Assembly (NCBI GenBank): GCA_010909165.1
Contig: MU008167.1
Location: forward strand, 1,116,001-1,180,000
Source of the DNA: Anthoceros angustus
Lineage: Eukaryota > Plantae > Anthocerotophyta
Direction: 5' to 3'
DNA: 64,000 nucleotides
Every line of letters begins with the position of its first letter. Position 1 is the stretch's first letter. Positions 34,260-47,178 of this stretch are shown here, piece by piece. Under the pieces are notes generated by a model. The model saw only the letters and a list, made by a program, of their open reading frames with translations, was not told where the DNA came from and did not search any database. The translations under genes were made by a program, and so were the position numbers.

Positions 34260-35110
34260 CACGAGGTTGTGCAACAAGGGTGTTCTTGGTGAGATAGAGT
34301 ATGTGCAACAAAGGTTACCTAGGTGAGCCAAGAGTCTGTGTGTGTTGTCGTGAAGCCTAGGGTTGTGCACTAAGGGTTTCTTGGGTGAGCCAAAGTTTGT
34401 GTGTGTTGTGAAGCCTAGGGTTGTGCAACAAGGGTTTCCTTGGTGAGGCAGAATATGTGCAACAAGAGTTCTCTTAGTGAGGCAGAGTATGTGCGATGAG
34501 GTTTCCTAGATTGTATGTGCAACAAGAGTTCCCTTAGTGATGAGATTTCCTAGGTTGTATGTGCAACAAGAGTTCCCTATGTGATGTGGAGTATATGTAG
34601 TAAGGTTTCTTAGGGTTGTGAGTGCAACAAGGGTTTCCTTGGTGAGGCAAAATATCTGCAAAAAGGCTTCCTAGGGTTGTATTTGCAACAAGGGTTTCCT
34701 TGGTGAGGCAAAGTATGTGCAATAGGGTTTTGTAGGGTTTTCTTGATGAGGCGGAGTATTCAATGTGTGTTCCTAGACCTAGGGCTGTGCAATAAGGGTT
34801 TCCTTGGTGAGGTAGAGTTCGGCCTAGGGTTGTGCAACAAGGGTTTGCCTGTTGAGGCAAACTCAAGCCTAGGGTTATACAACAAAGGGTTTCTTTGGTG
34901 GGTCGAGGATTTAGACCTAGGGTTGTATAACAAAGGGTTTCTTTGGTGGGCCCAGTATGCAGGCCTAGGGTTGTACAACAAAGGGTTTCCTTGGTGGGCA
35001 GAGTATTCAGTTCATGCATCGGAAGGCCTAGGATTGTGCAACAAGGATTTTCTTGGTGAGGTAGACCTTTTAGTGTGTGTACATCATGAGGGTTGTGTAA
35101 CAAGGGGTTT
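34260..35110. repeat. Degenerate ~40-50-bp tandem array (cctagggttgtgcaacaagggtttccttggtgagg)
   Basis: More than 12 diverged copies; probably TE-internal. Confidence 0.85.
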
Positions 35111-35922
35111 CATTTATGATGTATATATAGCTAACTTCATGTTCCTATGTATTGAATCTAGACACCTTATCCTTAGAGACCGATTTGCTGCTGGAAGCAA
35201 CAGCCTTTGGATAAGTTATCCTTCCTGACCGGTTTGCGGTTGGAAGTACGAGCCTTTGGATAGGTTATTGGAAGCACCAGCCTTCAAAAGTTCTTGACTA
35301 TGTGATATTTTGGGTATGTTATTGTAAGAGAGCGGTAGTTTGCATTGATATTTGACCTAATTTCAACTCACACCCTAGTAATTTGACGTCTCATTGTTTA
35401 GCATGCACCATGGATCATGGCAATCTCGTCCGATCTGAATCGATTGATTGCTTGCCGGCGGGTGCTAAGACACCAACAATGGCCGTCGCGATGTTCCCTC
35501 ACCGGTTATCCAGATACGGGCACTCTGGCAGCTTCAGACCAACTCTCTTTCATCCTCGGGACCCAGATCGGGTCCGACAGTGTGCCCATCCAGCCTGCGG
35601 TATTCAACCCCAAGATGGTACACTCTCGAACTCGATCCGAGTCTCGAAGACGGAGAAGAAACGCGTCTGAAGGTGCCATATTTCCCGAGTCTGGATCCTC
35701 ATGAGCTGCTACAATCCTAAGGAGCCAACCGACGATATCAGCGAGTTGGTATCATTGGCGGAGGGTACCCACCAACGACGACTAAGCAGAGAGATACAGG
35801 GACTATTCGGATCCTTCGGATCCGTGCAGTGTGGCAGTCCCAGACGTATTTTTCTTCCTCCTCCAGGCCCGGGTCGCGTCCGATATGCTGCTCACCCTGG
35901 AGTGGGCTAGCCTTATCGCCAT

Positions 35923-36242
35923 TGAAAGAACTAGCTTAGACACAAATACGCCTGGGCAACGCATGATCAACATGCTTAGCGCATAACTGCGGAGGCAATG
36001 GATGGCACACAGCACCAGCGGCTTAGATAGGCTCCACAGTACACGTCAATATGGTGCACAGGGTGCTACATATATAGCCCTTAGGCTAGGCAACTATCGA
36101 GGAGGTAAGCCCTCGATAGTGCAATATCCTAATATACTAAAGTAAGTAGTAGAGGATTGAATCTCTAACACTCCCCCTTCAAGCTAAAGCTACTTACCAA
36201 CGCCAAGATCCGAACGAAAATGTGCAAAGTGGCAATGTGCAA
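35923..36242 (-). mobile_element. Truncated copia 3' end (RNase H tail, PPT, 248-bp LTR)
   Basis: LTR 35923-36170 has TG...CA ends; PPT gaagggggag at 36171-36180; coding tail FAHFRSDLGVGK*; flanked by a 104-bp direct repeat. Confidence 0.7.
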
Positions 36243-36663
36243 GATCCGTGCAGTGTGGCAGTCCCAGACGTATTTTTCTTCCTCCTCCAGGCCCGGGTCG
36301 CGTCCGATATGCTGCTCACCCTGGAGTGGGCTAGCCTTATCGCCATAATCGGATATTCAATCCGATTCTCAGCTGCCGGCCTGGAAAATCATCCCATCAG
36401 AGCAACGTACATTATGTTGATAGATCTGGGCAAATCGATTTGAACCGGCCACCGGTACGTGCTTGTCGCCTAAATCTTATCAGCAAACAAACGCGTCTGC
36501 TCACCGGACCGCTCGTGTGGCACAGACAGACCCCGATGCACATCATCCATGTAGCTCGGATGAGCGATGAGGTTTAGGCGACGCGCGATATGTGAGCCAG
36601 GTATTTGAGACTTAGTCATATATGCATTTTCATATTCTCCTGGTTCAAATTTAATCAAGATTT

Positions 36664-39600
36664 TCCAGAATTGTTGAATGGCTGCATAGTCCAATCTTAT
36701 TGTCGATGCTATGATGGACTTGTATACATTTGTGCATCAGCTTGCATTGTCTGCCTCCATGCCCGCTTGAACGAAAATCTTGCAGTTCCGATCTTCTTAT
36801 GTTCTTCAACCAACTATGTCCGTGGGCTCCAAGCTCGTCCACAGGGGCTTCCGTTCTCGGGGAACAAGAACAGAGTTTTTCAGCGTCCAATATAAGTCTA
36901 TCCTTTTTTCTTCCCCAGGTTGTATTCGCAGTAGTTAGCTTCGACAGCTTCCAGAATGTATTTTAATCTTGTTTTTGCTGTTTCATTCAAGTGTTGATTG
37001 TCACTTGTTGATTTTCCAGGGGAAAGAAAGTTGGTTGAAGGCTTTGACGAAGGCTTCTTTCTTCGGCAAATCTGCAGGATTGCAGATGTAAGCTGACTGA
37101 ATGTTGTTCTGCGAAGTATGATTGTGAAACGCTTGTTGCTTTCTGTAGGTGATGGTAGGCTACGGGACATGAGAGGGGGCTGCTATCACAATTTCAAGCT
37201 GCTCATCTGTTGGAAGAGCTAAATTTCCTTCTGCAGTCGGGAGGGTCCTGTGGATGTGGCCACCGGCATATCTGGAATATCACTGTCTGGACAGTTCTAT
37301 TTGTCAATTCCAATCTACTCGATTTCTCGATGTTCATTAGGGCAAGCCTTCAGAATTTGTTCATTAATTCTTGTTTGATTTAAGTTCAAGTTCGACAGAG
37401 GGCTCTGGTGTTTTTCTGTTTCCACATACCTCAATTCGGAGAGCATCAACTTTTGCAGAGTTTGCTCTTAACCGGCACAATATATCACTTGCACCAGGAG
37501 ACACGAGTCTCTTCACTTTCATTTTTGTTGAAGTAAAGCGTAATTCTCAGGAGTAAGCCCTAGCAACAGCATCAAACTAAGTCCAATGCTCAGACCTATT
37601 CCATTATCAAGACTGCTCTGTGATGTATTGAAGGAGACAACCCTGGGTGCTGCCAGTTCCACAATGTTAGGTCACTAATTTCTCAGAATGTGCTGCCCTT
37701 CATGGAGGGAAACAGTTTGTCTACGATTCTGCATTTGCTGGACCAGTACCTTCCAATAACCTGTTTCCCTAATACTATGGATTATAATCTTCCTCCCTGT
37801 TTGTGGCCCCGATTCCTGACTCTTGACTCGTGATGGTTCTCAAACGGCTGAAAATTTTCACTCCTTCCAAGCCTTGTGAGAAGCCAGGTATAGTAGTAGG
37901 ATAAAGCACAACGAAGACATCGCTGTCTGAGAAGAATATGCCCCACCTCATGCTCCATGATGTGCACAAACGAGTTCAACAAAACCTCCCTCCCTTCCTG
38001 ACATCCTTGGCCTGCTTCTGGGAATGAGCAAGGTGACCGACGATCAGAGGTGGACAACGCTATTTATGTTAACTGTTGAAACGTCCTTCAGGCAATGCCA
38101 TGAATTACCGTGAACAACTCAGTCATAACTGTAAGATACCACCATCGCTGTACTCAAATCACTTAAACTGAAAAGGTTAGGAAAGTTGCGGGGTCGAAAG
38201 TTTTCCTTTGCAGGCTTCTCTTTCGGGCTTTTGGTGTAAACTGATGTCATTTTAAATGAAGCCCATTAATCAGCAAGACAAAACGATGCAGACAAATAAA
38301 CTATCCATCTTGGCAATGTGGATGGTGGAGGGAATAGATGGAGAAACAGAAAAGTTTGGTTATGGCCTTGGAAACAAGGGACACAACATGGAACAAACAA
38401 AGAGTGTCAGAATTAAGAATTGCAGCTGGGTTGCACCGGAAGTAAGCCTACCGCAGCACCAGAAGCCACAACGCCAACCACGACCCTGTTCACCAACCCA
38501 CCATGATCCAGCATAAAATCGTGAGTTAAGTAGCATGCAGATCTGTGTTAGAATGTGAAGATATCCCTTCAATAAGCCAACACTTATATCACTCGACTAA
38601 AGGAGAAATTTCATGACACCTACAGACACTAGCAAAGCCCTCTAAGTCGTCTAACTGTGTGCGTGTGTGTGTAAAGCACTGGAGAGACAAACTTATAATT
38701 ACTCTAGGAGACAGTCGAGGTATTCACTTGACCTATTAGGCCATTGGTTCTATATACTTGGCCCTTGGCCTTCTATCTACTTGGCCCTTGGCCTTCTATC
38801 TACTTGGCCCTTGGCCTTCTACCTGATGGTTGTCCATCTACTAGAGTAGCATACGCTTGAATCTTTAACAGCAGAAACCCACATCCGCAAAGACTTGCTA
38901 GTATAGTAAATTATGTACTCAACAAGGTAATATCCAGATATCGAGGTTATGCCAAGCCTAAGCAGGGCCATCAAATATGTATTGCTCCTACACACCATCA
39001 GTGCACTGATGCGCCATCTGCACTATTTTGATCAGGACGAACCTCTGAAAATGCAGGAAATAAATTCACAGAATGCAGGATTGGTTGGCAATATGAATGA
39101 GGATGAGGAATTGGCAGCCGTCAATCATCGATATCCGTGTTGCAAGCAATGCGATGACATACTCCGTGTTGCAACCACATGCTACAATAAGTGCATATAT
39201 CTGGACGAATTCTGTTCCAACTTGTGCAAGGAGCGTGGAATCACCTCTGAGTGTGAGAGAACAGTGAGGGATTACTCCCAGCCGGAGGCTGCAGATTACG
39301 ATCAAAGGCTCGTGAGACATCACCTTGCCATCCGCCTGTTATACATATGCCGGTTTCTTGGTTGGCCAGATGAGGAGAAAGAGCTGCTCTCCACCCTGCT
39401 GGAGATGTTCTGCATCTACAGGCACGAGCAGGTGGAGACGCAGCATCTACAGATCACGGCGAGTTGCTTCTGTGCGCTTGTGGACTCGCTTGACCAGGCC
39501 GACATATTGAAGTGCCTCCAAGTCGACAAGCACATGCTACCGGGCCAGGGTACACACACAGAGGCCTGGAGGGATGTGATGCTGCATAAGCTGATCCAGA

Positions 39601-42494
39601 ATTGTTGAATGGCTGCATAGTCCAATCTTATTGTCGATGCTATGATGGACTTGTATACATTTGTGCATCAGCTTGCATTGTCTGCCTCCATGCCCGCTTG
39701 AACGAAAATCTTGCAGTTCCGATCTTCTTATGTTCTTCAACCAACTATGTCCGTGGGCTCCAAGCTCGTCCACAGGGGCTTCCGTTCTCGGGGAACAAGA
39801 ACAGAGTTTTTCAGCGTCCAATATAAGTCTATCCTTTTTTCTTCCCCAGGTTGTATTCGCAGTAGTTAGCTTCGACAGCTTCCAGAATGTATTTTAATCT
39901 TGTTTTTGCTGTTTCATTCAAGTGTTGATTGTCACTTGTTGATTTTCAGGGAAAGAAAGTTGGTTGAAGGCTTTGACGAAGGCTTCTTTCTTGCAAATCT
40001 GCAGGATTGCAGATGTAAGCTGACTGAATGTTGTTCTGCAGTATGATTGTGAAACGCTTGTTGCTTCTGTAGGTGATGGTAGGCTACGGGACATGAGAGG
40101 GGCTGCTATCACAATTTCAAGCTGCTCATCTGTTGGAAGAGCTAAATTTCCTTCTGCAGTCGGGAGGGTCCTGTGGATGTGGCCACCGGCATATCTGGAA
40201 TATCACTGTCTGGACAGTTCTATTTGTCAATTCCAATCTACTCGATTTCTCGATGTTCATTAGGGCAAGCCTTCAGAATTTGTTCATTAATTCTTGTTTG
40301 ATTTAAGTTCAAGTTCGACAGAGGGCTCTGGTGTTTTCTGTTTCCTCAATTCGAGCATCAACTTTTGCAGAGTTTGCTCCGGCACAATATATCACTTGCA
40401 CCAGGAGACACGAGTCTCTTCACTTTCATTTTGTTGAAGTAAAGCGTAATTCTCAGGAGTAAGCCCTAGCAACAGCATCAAAACTAAGTCCAATGCTCAG
40501 ACCTATTCCATTATCAAGACTGCTCTGTGATGTATTGAAGGAGACAACCCTGGGTGCTGCCAGTTCCACAATGTTAGGTCACTAATTTCTCAGAATGTGC
40601 TGCCCTTCATGGAGGGAAACAGTTTGTCTACGATTCTGCATTTGCTGGACCAGTACCTTCCAATAACCTGTTTCCTAATACTATGGATTATAATCTTCCT
40701 CCCTGTTTTGTGGCCCCGATTCCTGACTCTTGACTCGTGATGGTTCTCAAACGGCTGAAAATTTTCACTCCTTCCAAGCCTTGTGAGAAGCCAGGTATAG
40801 TAGTAGGATAAAACGAAGACATCGCTGTCTGAGAAGAATATGCCCCACCTCATGCTCCATGATGTGCACAAACGAGTTCAACAAAACCTCCCTCCTTCCT
40901 GACATCCTTGGCCTGCTTCTGGAATGAGCAAGGTGACCGACGATCAGAGGTGGACAACGCTATTTATGTTAACTGTTGAAACGTCCTTCAGGCAATGCCA
41001 TGAATTACCGTGAACAACTCAGTCATAACTGTAAGATACCACCATCGCTGTACTCAAATCACTTAAACTGAAAAGGTTAGGAAGTTGCGGGGTCGAAAGT
41101 TTTCCTTTGCAGGCTTCTCTTTCGGGCTTTTGGTGTAAACTGATGTCATTTTAAATGAAGCCCATTAATCAGCAAGACAAAACGATGCAGACAAATAAAC
41201 TATCCATCTTGGCAATGTGGATGGTGGAGGAATAGATGGAGAAACAGAAAAGTTTGGTTATGGCCTTGAAACAAGGGACACAACATGGAACAAACAAAGA
41301 GTGTCAGAATTAAGAATTGCAGCTGGGTTGCACCGGAAGTAAGCCTACCGCAGCACCAGAAGCCACAACGCCAACCACGACCCTGTTCACCAACCCACCA
41401 TGATCCAGCATAAAATCGTGAGTTAAGTAGCATGCAGATCTGTGTTAGAATGTGAAGATATCCTTCAATAAGCCAACACTTATATCACTCGACTAAAGGA
41501 GAAATTTCATGACACCTACAGACACTAGCAAAGCCCTCTAAGTCGTCTAACTGTGTGCGTGTGTGTAAAGCACTGGAGAGACAAACTTATAATTACTCTA
41601 GGAGACAGTCGAGGTATTCACTTGACCTATTAGGCCATTGGTTCTATATACTTGGCCCTTGGCCTTCTATCTACTTGGCCCTTGGCCTTCTATCTACTTG
41701 GCCCTTGGCCTTCTACCTGATGGTTGTCCATCTACTAGAGTAGCATACGCTTGAATCTTTAACAGCAGAAACCCACATCCGCAAAGACTTGCTAGTATAG
41801 TAAATTATGTACTCAACAAGGTAATATCCAGATATCGAGGTTATGCCAAGCCTAAGCAGGGCCATCAAATATGTATTGCTCCTACACACCATCAGTGCAC
41901 TGATGCGCCATCTGCACTATTTTTGATCAGGACGAACCTCTGAAAATGCAGGAAATAAATTCACAGAATGCAGGATTGGTTGGCAATATGAATGAGGATG
42001 AGGAATTGGCAGCCGTCAATCATCGATATCCGTGTTGCAAGCAATGCGATGACATACTCCGTGTTGCAACCACATGCTACAATAAGTGCATATATCTGGA
42101 CGAATTCTGTTCCAACTTGTGCAAGGAGCGTGGAATCACCTCTGAGTGTGAGAGAACAGTGAGGGATTACTCCCAGCCGGAGGCTGCAGATTACGATCAA
42201 AGGCTCGTGAGACATCACCTTGCCATCCGCCTGTTATACATATGCCGGTTTCTTGGTTGGCCAGATGAGGAGAAAGAGCTGCTCTCCACCCTGCTGGAGA
42301 TGTTCTGCATCTACAGGCACGAGCAGGTGGAGACGCAGCATCTACAGATCACGGCGAGTTGCTTCTGTGCGCTTGTGGACTCGCTTGACCAGGCCGACAT
42401 ATTGAAGTGCCTCCAAGTCGACAAGCACATGCTACCGGGCCAGGGTACACACACAGAGGCCTGGAGGGATGTGATGCTGCATAAGCTGATCCAG
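36664..42494. repeat. ~2.9-kb near-identical tandem duplication
   Basis: Copy 1 36664-39599, copy 2 39595-42494; TCCAG microhomology at the junction; copy 2 is 36 bp shorter through scattered small indels. Confidence 0.95.
38949..39608 (+). pseudogene. 3'-truncated copy of the BACK-SPRY gene (N-terminal ~217 aa)
   Basis: Identical peptide to ORF 41946 up to HKLIQ, then crosses the duplication junction into a stop. Confidence 0.8.
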
Positions 42495-43607
42495 GAAATG
42501 TGCATGGTGATGCGTGCTGGGCCGTTGGAGCACCAGCATCTGCGGGCCATGTCGGTGGAAGCTTTCCAGGTCTATCTGGAATGGACCCGGACCGAGAGCG
42601 GACCAGGTGCCTACTCCGTCATGGAGTACCTGCGGCTGCGGCATGTGCTCATCTGGGCGATGTGCAAGTCGGGGTGCATAGATTCGGAAGAGGGTCTGCA
42701 CATGCTGCTCTGCCTGGCGAATGAAGACGCGCTCCAATCAATGTGGCCACAGATTCCGGTATCCGACACCGGCGGCAACGTGTGGGATTTCCTGCCCGAC
42801 CCGGAATCGGTCTCCTCCATGGAATCCTGGGTGGAGAAACTGGCATTTGGATCCGCGCAAGGCTGGGACGTGGTCAGGTTCGATTTGATCCATGCCAAGC
42901 TGCTGCTGACGCTGCTGCTGCCGGTGCTGGAAACGTGTCCGGATGTCTGGAATCGTGTGGATTTGGCCAATGATCGAAGGCAAGCGGAGTGGAATGCGGG
43001 GAACCTGGCGGACGTGACTTCATGGGATGAGCAATCCATGAGCCCGGAGCTGGAGGTTCTGGAAGACAAGTCTGTGCTTAGTGTGAAACCGAAGACACGT
43101 CACAGGGGGCCGACGAAGACGCATTTTGTGTCTTCTACCACCAGGCCGATGAACAGAGCCAGGGGGACTTGGTCGTGGGCTATCATCGTGCTGAGGAAGT
43201 GTAGTGGCTTGGTTGTGGGATTCCATGAGCAGAAGGAGCAATGGATGAAGGACAAGAGGCCCATGAAAGAGAGGCCGTTGTTTTATGAGACCACATGGGG
43301 ATGGGGTCTGCACAGCAGCGGGGAGCTGTCTCATAAGACTTCGGCAATACAAGCCCTGTGTAGTAGGGACCCCACACAGCCATTGCGCGGAATCCCCTTC
43401 TGTGACAAAAAAGGTAGCGTGATCGCGGTGCATCTGAACATGACAGATCGTGTATGTAAATTCAGCACAAGATCGGGGAAAAGCAAAGTCGTGGAGATGC
43501 AGGAAGTTGCTTGTTCTGGTCTTCCGTTTGAGTTGTTCCCTTGCGTTGCAATGTATTCGGGATCCGTGAGGATTCAGGTGCTTGTGGATGATATCGATTC
43601 TCTCTAG
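41843..43607 (+). CDS. BACK-like + SPRY/B30.2 protein lacking a recognisable BTB core; intronless
   Basis: Aligns by eye to 50234-51793 (EYLRLRHVLIW/EYLRARNLLLW, SWDEQSMSPELEV/KWDEHYKCPSLDI, LPFELFPCVAM/LPHELYPAVAM); open from 41946; the ATG at 41843 is out of frame by one extra T in a T-run but in frame in copy 1. Confidence 0.8.
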
Positions 43608-43938
43608 GAAATTCAAATCCATGGCTCAAGACTACATAGTCTGTTGTCCAGTCCTTAGCATGGTCACTGACTTGCAAGGTCCCTAGATGACATTGTACAG
43701 TAAGAGAAGAATTATGTATGATGAAGACAATTGTTGTAAATTAAGATGTGCGCGTTCAGTTGCCATTCTGCTATCCCATGGACGCACATATCTCTGCTCA
43801 CAAACACAACTGTGTTCCTAAGAACAGTCTGTTTCATAAACCACTCCAAGCTGTGTGCATGGATGCATGTCTAGAACCCCCAAATTAGCGCAGGATTCAG
43901 GCTGCAAATCAGTGCAACTTTCTTTTGTGCAACTTTCT

Positions 43939-44113
43939 TCACCCCTGGTGACACCATTACCAGGGGTAATGGTGTCCCCAGGGGTGACAGTAAGCATTAA
44001 CCATTAAGGGGGTTAAGCACTCCTGGTGATGTACAATGACCCCATGCCATTGTACTTCACCAGGGGTGACATCAAGGGTGACATTGTACATCACCAGGGG
44101 TGACATTACCCCC
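43939..44113. repeat. Palindromic repeat cluster (caggggtgaca motifs, two hairpins)
   Basis: 22-bp stem at 43939-43987 (1 mismatch); second stem at ~44022-44064. Confidence 0.75.
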
Positions 44114-44186
44114 TTAAACTGGACTGTTTTGTAGAAACTGGTGCAGTAATGCTTCCGGTGACGTTTGACGCAGGGCACCGCTGGTG

Positions 44187-44704
44187 TTAGATCAAAACTG
44201 GGCCTGTATTGGCCTGGCGGCGCTCTGGAATGAAGTGAAACCCTCGCCGGTGAAATGGCAGATCCTGGAACGTATTCAGCACTGAAATCTTCTCCCACTT
44301 GTCATGCACGGGACTCCCTACCAAATACTGCGACGCCTTACAGTCGCATAGGGCCACCAGACCCGACCACTTTCTTGCTTGGATGCAACCATGCACAACC
44401 GGATCCCAGCCAGGGGGCCAGCACAGCTTCATCCTCGTCTTCTTGGCGGAAACGGAGTCTAAGGCTGACCACTGGAGCCGATTCTCCTCCTCGAAATTTA
44501 CCTCCTCCCCTTGCTTCTCCAGGACCAGAAGATGTGGGGAGCCTGGGTTGTCTCCTTCAGCTCGTCCTGCAGCTCCATCAGAAAACGGTGACACTTATGA
44601 GAAACACACAGGCATCGGAGACGGCTGTCATGCGGGACTCGACAGAATATCAGCCTCCATAGCTCCTCGGAGAGCTTCTCGAAATAAGTGGCCTTCATGT
44701 ACAT
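44187..44704 (-). pseudogene. F-box protein, frameshifted and truncated
   Basis: LSEELWRLIFCRVPHDSRLRCLCVSHKC F-box motif; continues in another frame into SGLVALCD...YLVGSPVHDKWEKI (F-box-associated-like). Confidence 0.7.
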
Positions 44705-45489
44705 TGATGCAAATCAGCTGCGCCTGCCAGGCGTATTCCACATCTCGTCAGCAAGACTCGACTAATAAGCCGAGATGCGGGGACAGGATCCATCCATGGC
44801 TACAGTAAGCAGTAAGCATAAACAAATATATTGGCACTTCCCGAGACCAAATTCCTAAGTCGACTCTTTATGGTGCATGCACGAATGGTATCAGAAAAGG
44901 TCTTCAAGTACATATGTTGTAAGACGAGCAGGAAGTCGGACATCGGAGCTGCGTTCTTTCTGCTCCTGGGTCGCGAGCGGGATCTGATCACGACGAGGGA
45001 GAAGGCGAGGGAGAGAGAGGAGGATTGGATAAAGGGAGGGAGAGGCGGACAGGGATATTGAGTACAAGGGGGGGATTGAGAATTGGAAACCCAGTGTTTA
45101 GGGTTTAGCGAGAGGGAACGTATTGGGAGCGATGCAGACAGGGAGCAAAGTGATACAGAGAGCGCGCAGAGCGATGGCGAGAGAGAGGAAAGTGAAGGGG
45201 AGCGAGATGAAGGTAGTGAGGTGGAAAGGGAGGGTTACAGGGAAGCAGAGTTCGAATCTGGACTCGACGAGCCTGAAGCCAGTGGCCTGGAGTTGTCCAA
45301 CAGGACAGGAATCGGAAAGTAGAGGCAGAGGACGATGAAGGGGCTGAGGAAGAAGGAAGGGAGTCCAGGTCAACGCCACAGCGTCACTTTGAACAGTAAC
45401 CACAGCATGCACGCAAATTCCCAATGCCACAGCTAGGCAACCCTGCATGAACTACCCTGAGAAACTAGCGAACTTGTCTCCACAAACCT

Positions 45490-47175
45490 TAGTCCGGAGA
45501 GTATCTCAACTCCTGCAGAGCCTGTCTTATCCGGCACAATGCATCACCTGCACTAGGAACAAGACTCTCTTTACTTTCAGTTCCGTGGAAGTGAAGCCCG
45601 GATCTCAGCATTAAGCCCCAGCAACAGCATCAAACTGAGTCCAATGCTCAGCTGCTGTATGTGATCTGGGCGTTCGGCCCTGGTGTGAGCGCGGCGGTGT
45701 GATTGTATGCACATTGCACAACAAATACTACTATTGATGCAGATTCTCATATGCGTGTACTATGTGTTTTGCAGGATGGCTGTAGCGATGTGGAGGTATC
45801 ACAGCCAGAGCCAAAGGCTCCAAGCCCTGTAGGCTCCAAGCTCGTCTACAGGGAACAAGAACAGAGCTCTTGAGCGTCGAATGTAAGTCTATCCTCCATT
45901 TGTCTCAAGCTTGTTTCAACAATGGCAAGCTTTCAGAATGTATTTTAATTCGTGCGTTTGATGTCTGATTCAAGTTGGACAGAGAGGGCAGTACGACGAT
46001 ACCAATGTGGACGCATCACAAGCCAGAACCAGCTGCTACCGCAATTGCAAGCTGCTCATGACCCATTCACATATTGACGGTTTGGATGAGCATTCCTTCT
46101 GTTCCCCATGGACGTAAGATCCTGCAGCACAGGGCCTTGCGGTTGTGGGGAGCAAGAAGAAAGTTCGTCGAACAACGTTCAAAACTGGGGCATCGGCTAA
46201 AATCTGCTCATTCAACTTCAAAAACCTGTCCCAAGAAGGAATATGGCTCTAAATTGCAAATGGCTCTCCGGAATGGTTGCCTGCTCTTACAGCTAACTGG
46301 ACACTTGAGTCGGTGGGTACGGACTGCAAGATGGTTCTCAGCTCACCTTCGCATCTGCAGAGGGATGTGTGTAATTTTTATTCGAAGTGCTGGAGCAGGC
46401 AGATGAGTGTAAGATCCTCAAGTCAGTAATATTTGTCCACAGCATAAATTTTTTTTCTTGGAAGACCTGCTTGATGCACCTGCTACCTTCACCGAATTCG
46501 CCTTCGGCAGGAATAGCGGGCTCACCTATTACACAAGCGTCCTATGTTCTGTTGAAACGTCCTTCAGGGAATACCATAAATTACGGTGAGCTACTCAGTA
46601 ATGACTGTAAGACTCCATCCCTGTGCCCCTCAGAATTACTCAGCAACGTTTGAGTGCCCAAACGTCCTTCTTACAGGTGCAGTAGTGTCAGGATGCAGAC
46701 AAATCCAGACTCAGATCAGTTAAAATGTAACCGAGGAAAGTTGCAGGGTCCCTAGTTCCCCTTTAGCTAGCTTCTGGTACCCTGTCTCTCGGGCTTCCGG
46801 TGTAAAGGGATGTCATTTGAACAAAGCCCACAAAATCGCTAAAACAAAACGATGCAGACACTTTGATTATCCGTTTCGGCGATGTGGATGGTGGAGGGCC
46901 TAGACATGGACACACAGAGCAGTTTGATTGTCGCGCGCCTTCGAAACAACGAACACCACACGGAACAGACTAGGAGAGTCACAAGAATTGCAGCCGGGTT
47001 GCATTGCAAGTAAGCCTGCCACAGCGCCAGAACCCACAAAGCCCAGAACGCCATCCACAACCCTGCTCACAACCCACCATGGCCCAACATAAAGTCGTCA
47101 GTCGAGTCGCATGTACATACAAATGCATCCATAGATCTGCAGGAACCCACGTCCACAAAGGCTTGCTAGTATAGC
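45490..47175 (+). repeat. Diverged, re-ordered copy of pieces of 36820-38910
   Basis: 45493-45651 ~ 37435-37592; 45832-45975 ~ 36826-36992; 46543-46620 ~ 38065-38148; 46735-47110 ~ 38180-38535; 47147-47175 ~ 38877-38907. Confidence 0.8.
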
Positions 47176-47178
47176 CAA

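Noticed and set aside
34260-35110. Repeat/spacer-like array and ORFs 34534-35103 and 34743-35228
   Set aside because: Repeats are degenerate and the spacers are related to each other; the ORFs are translations of the tandem repeat.
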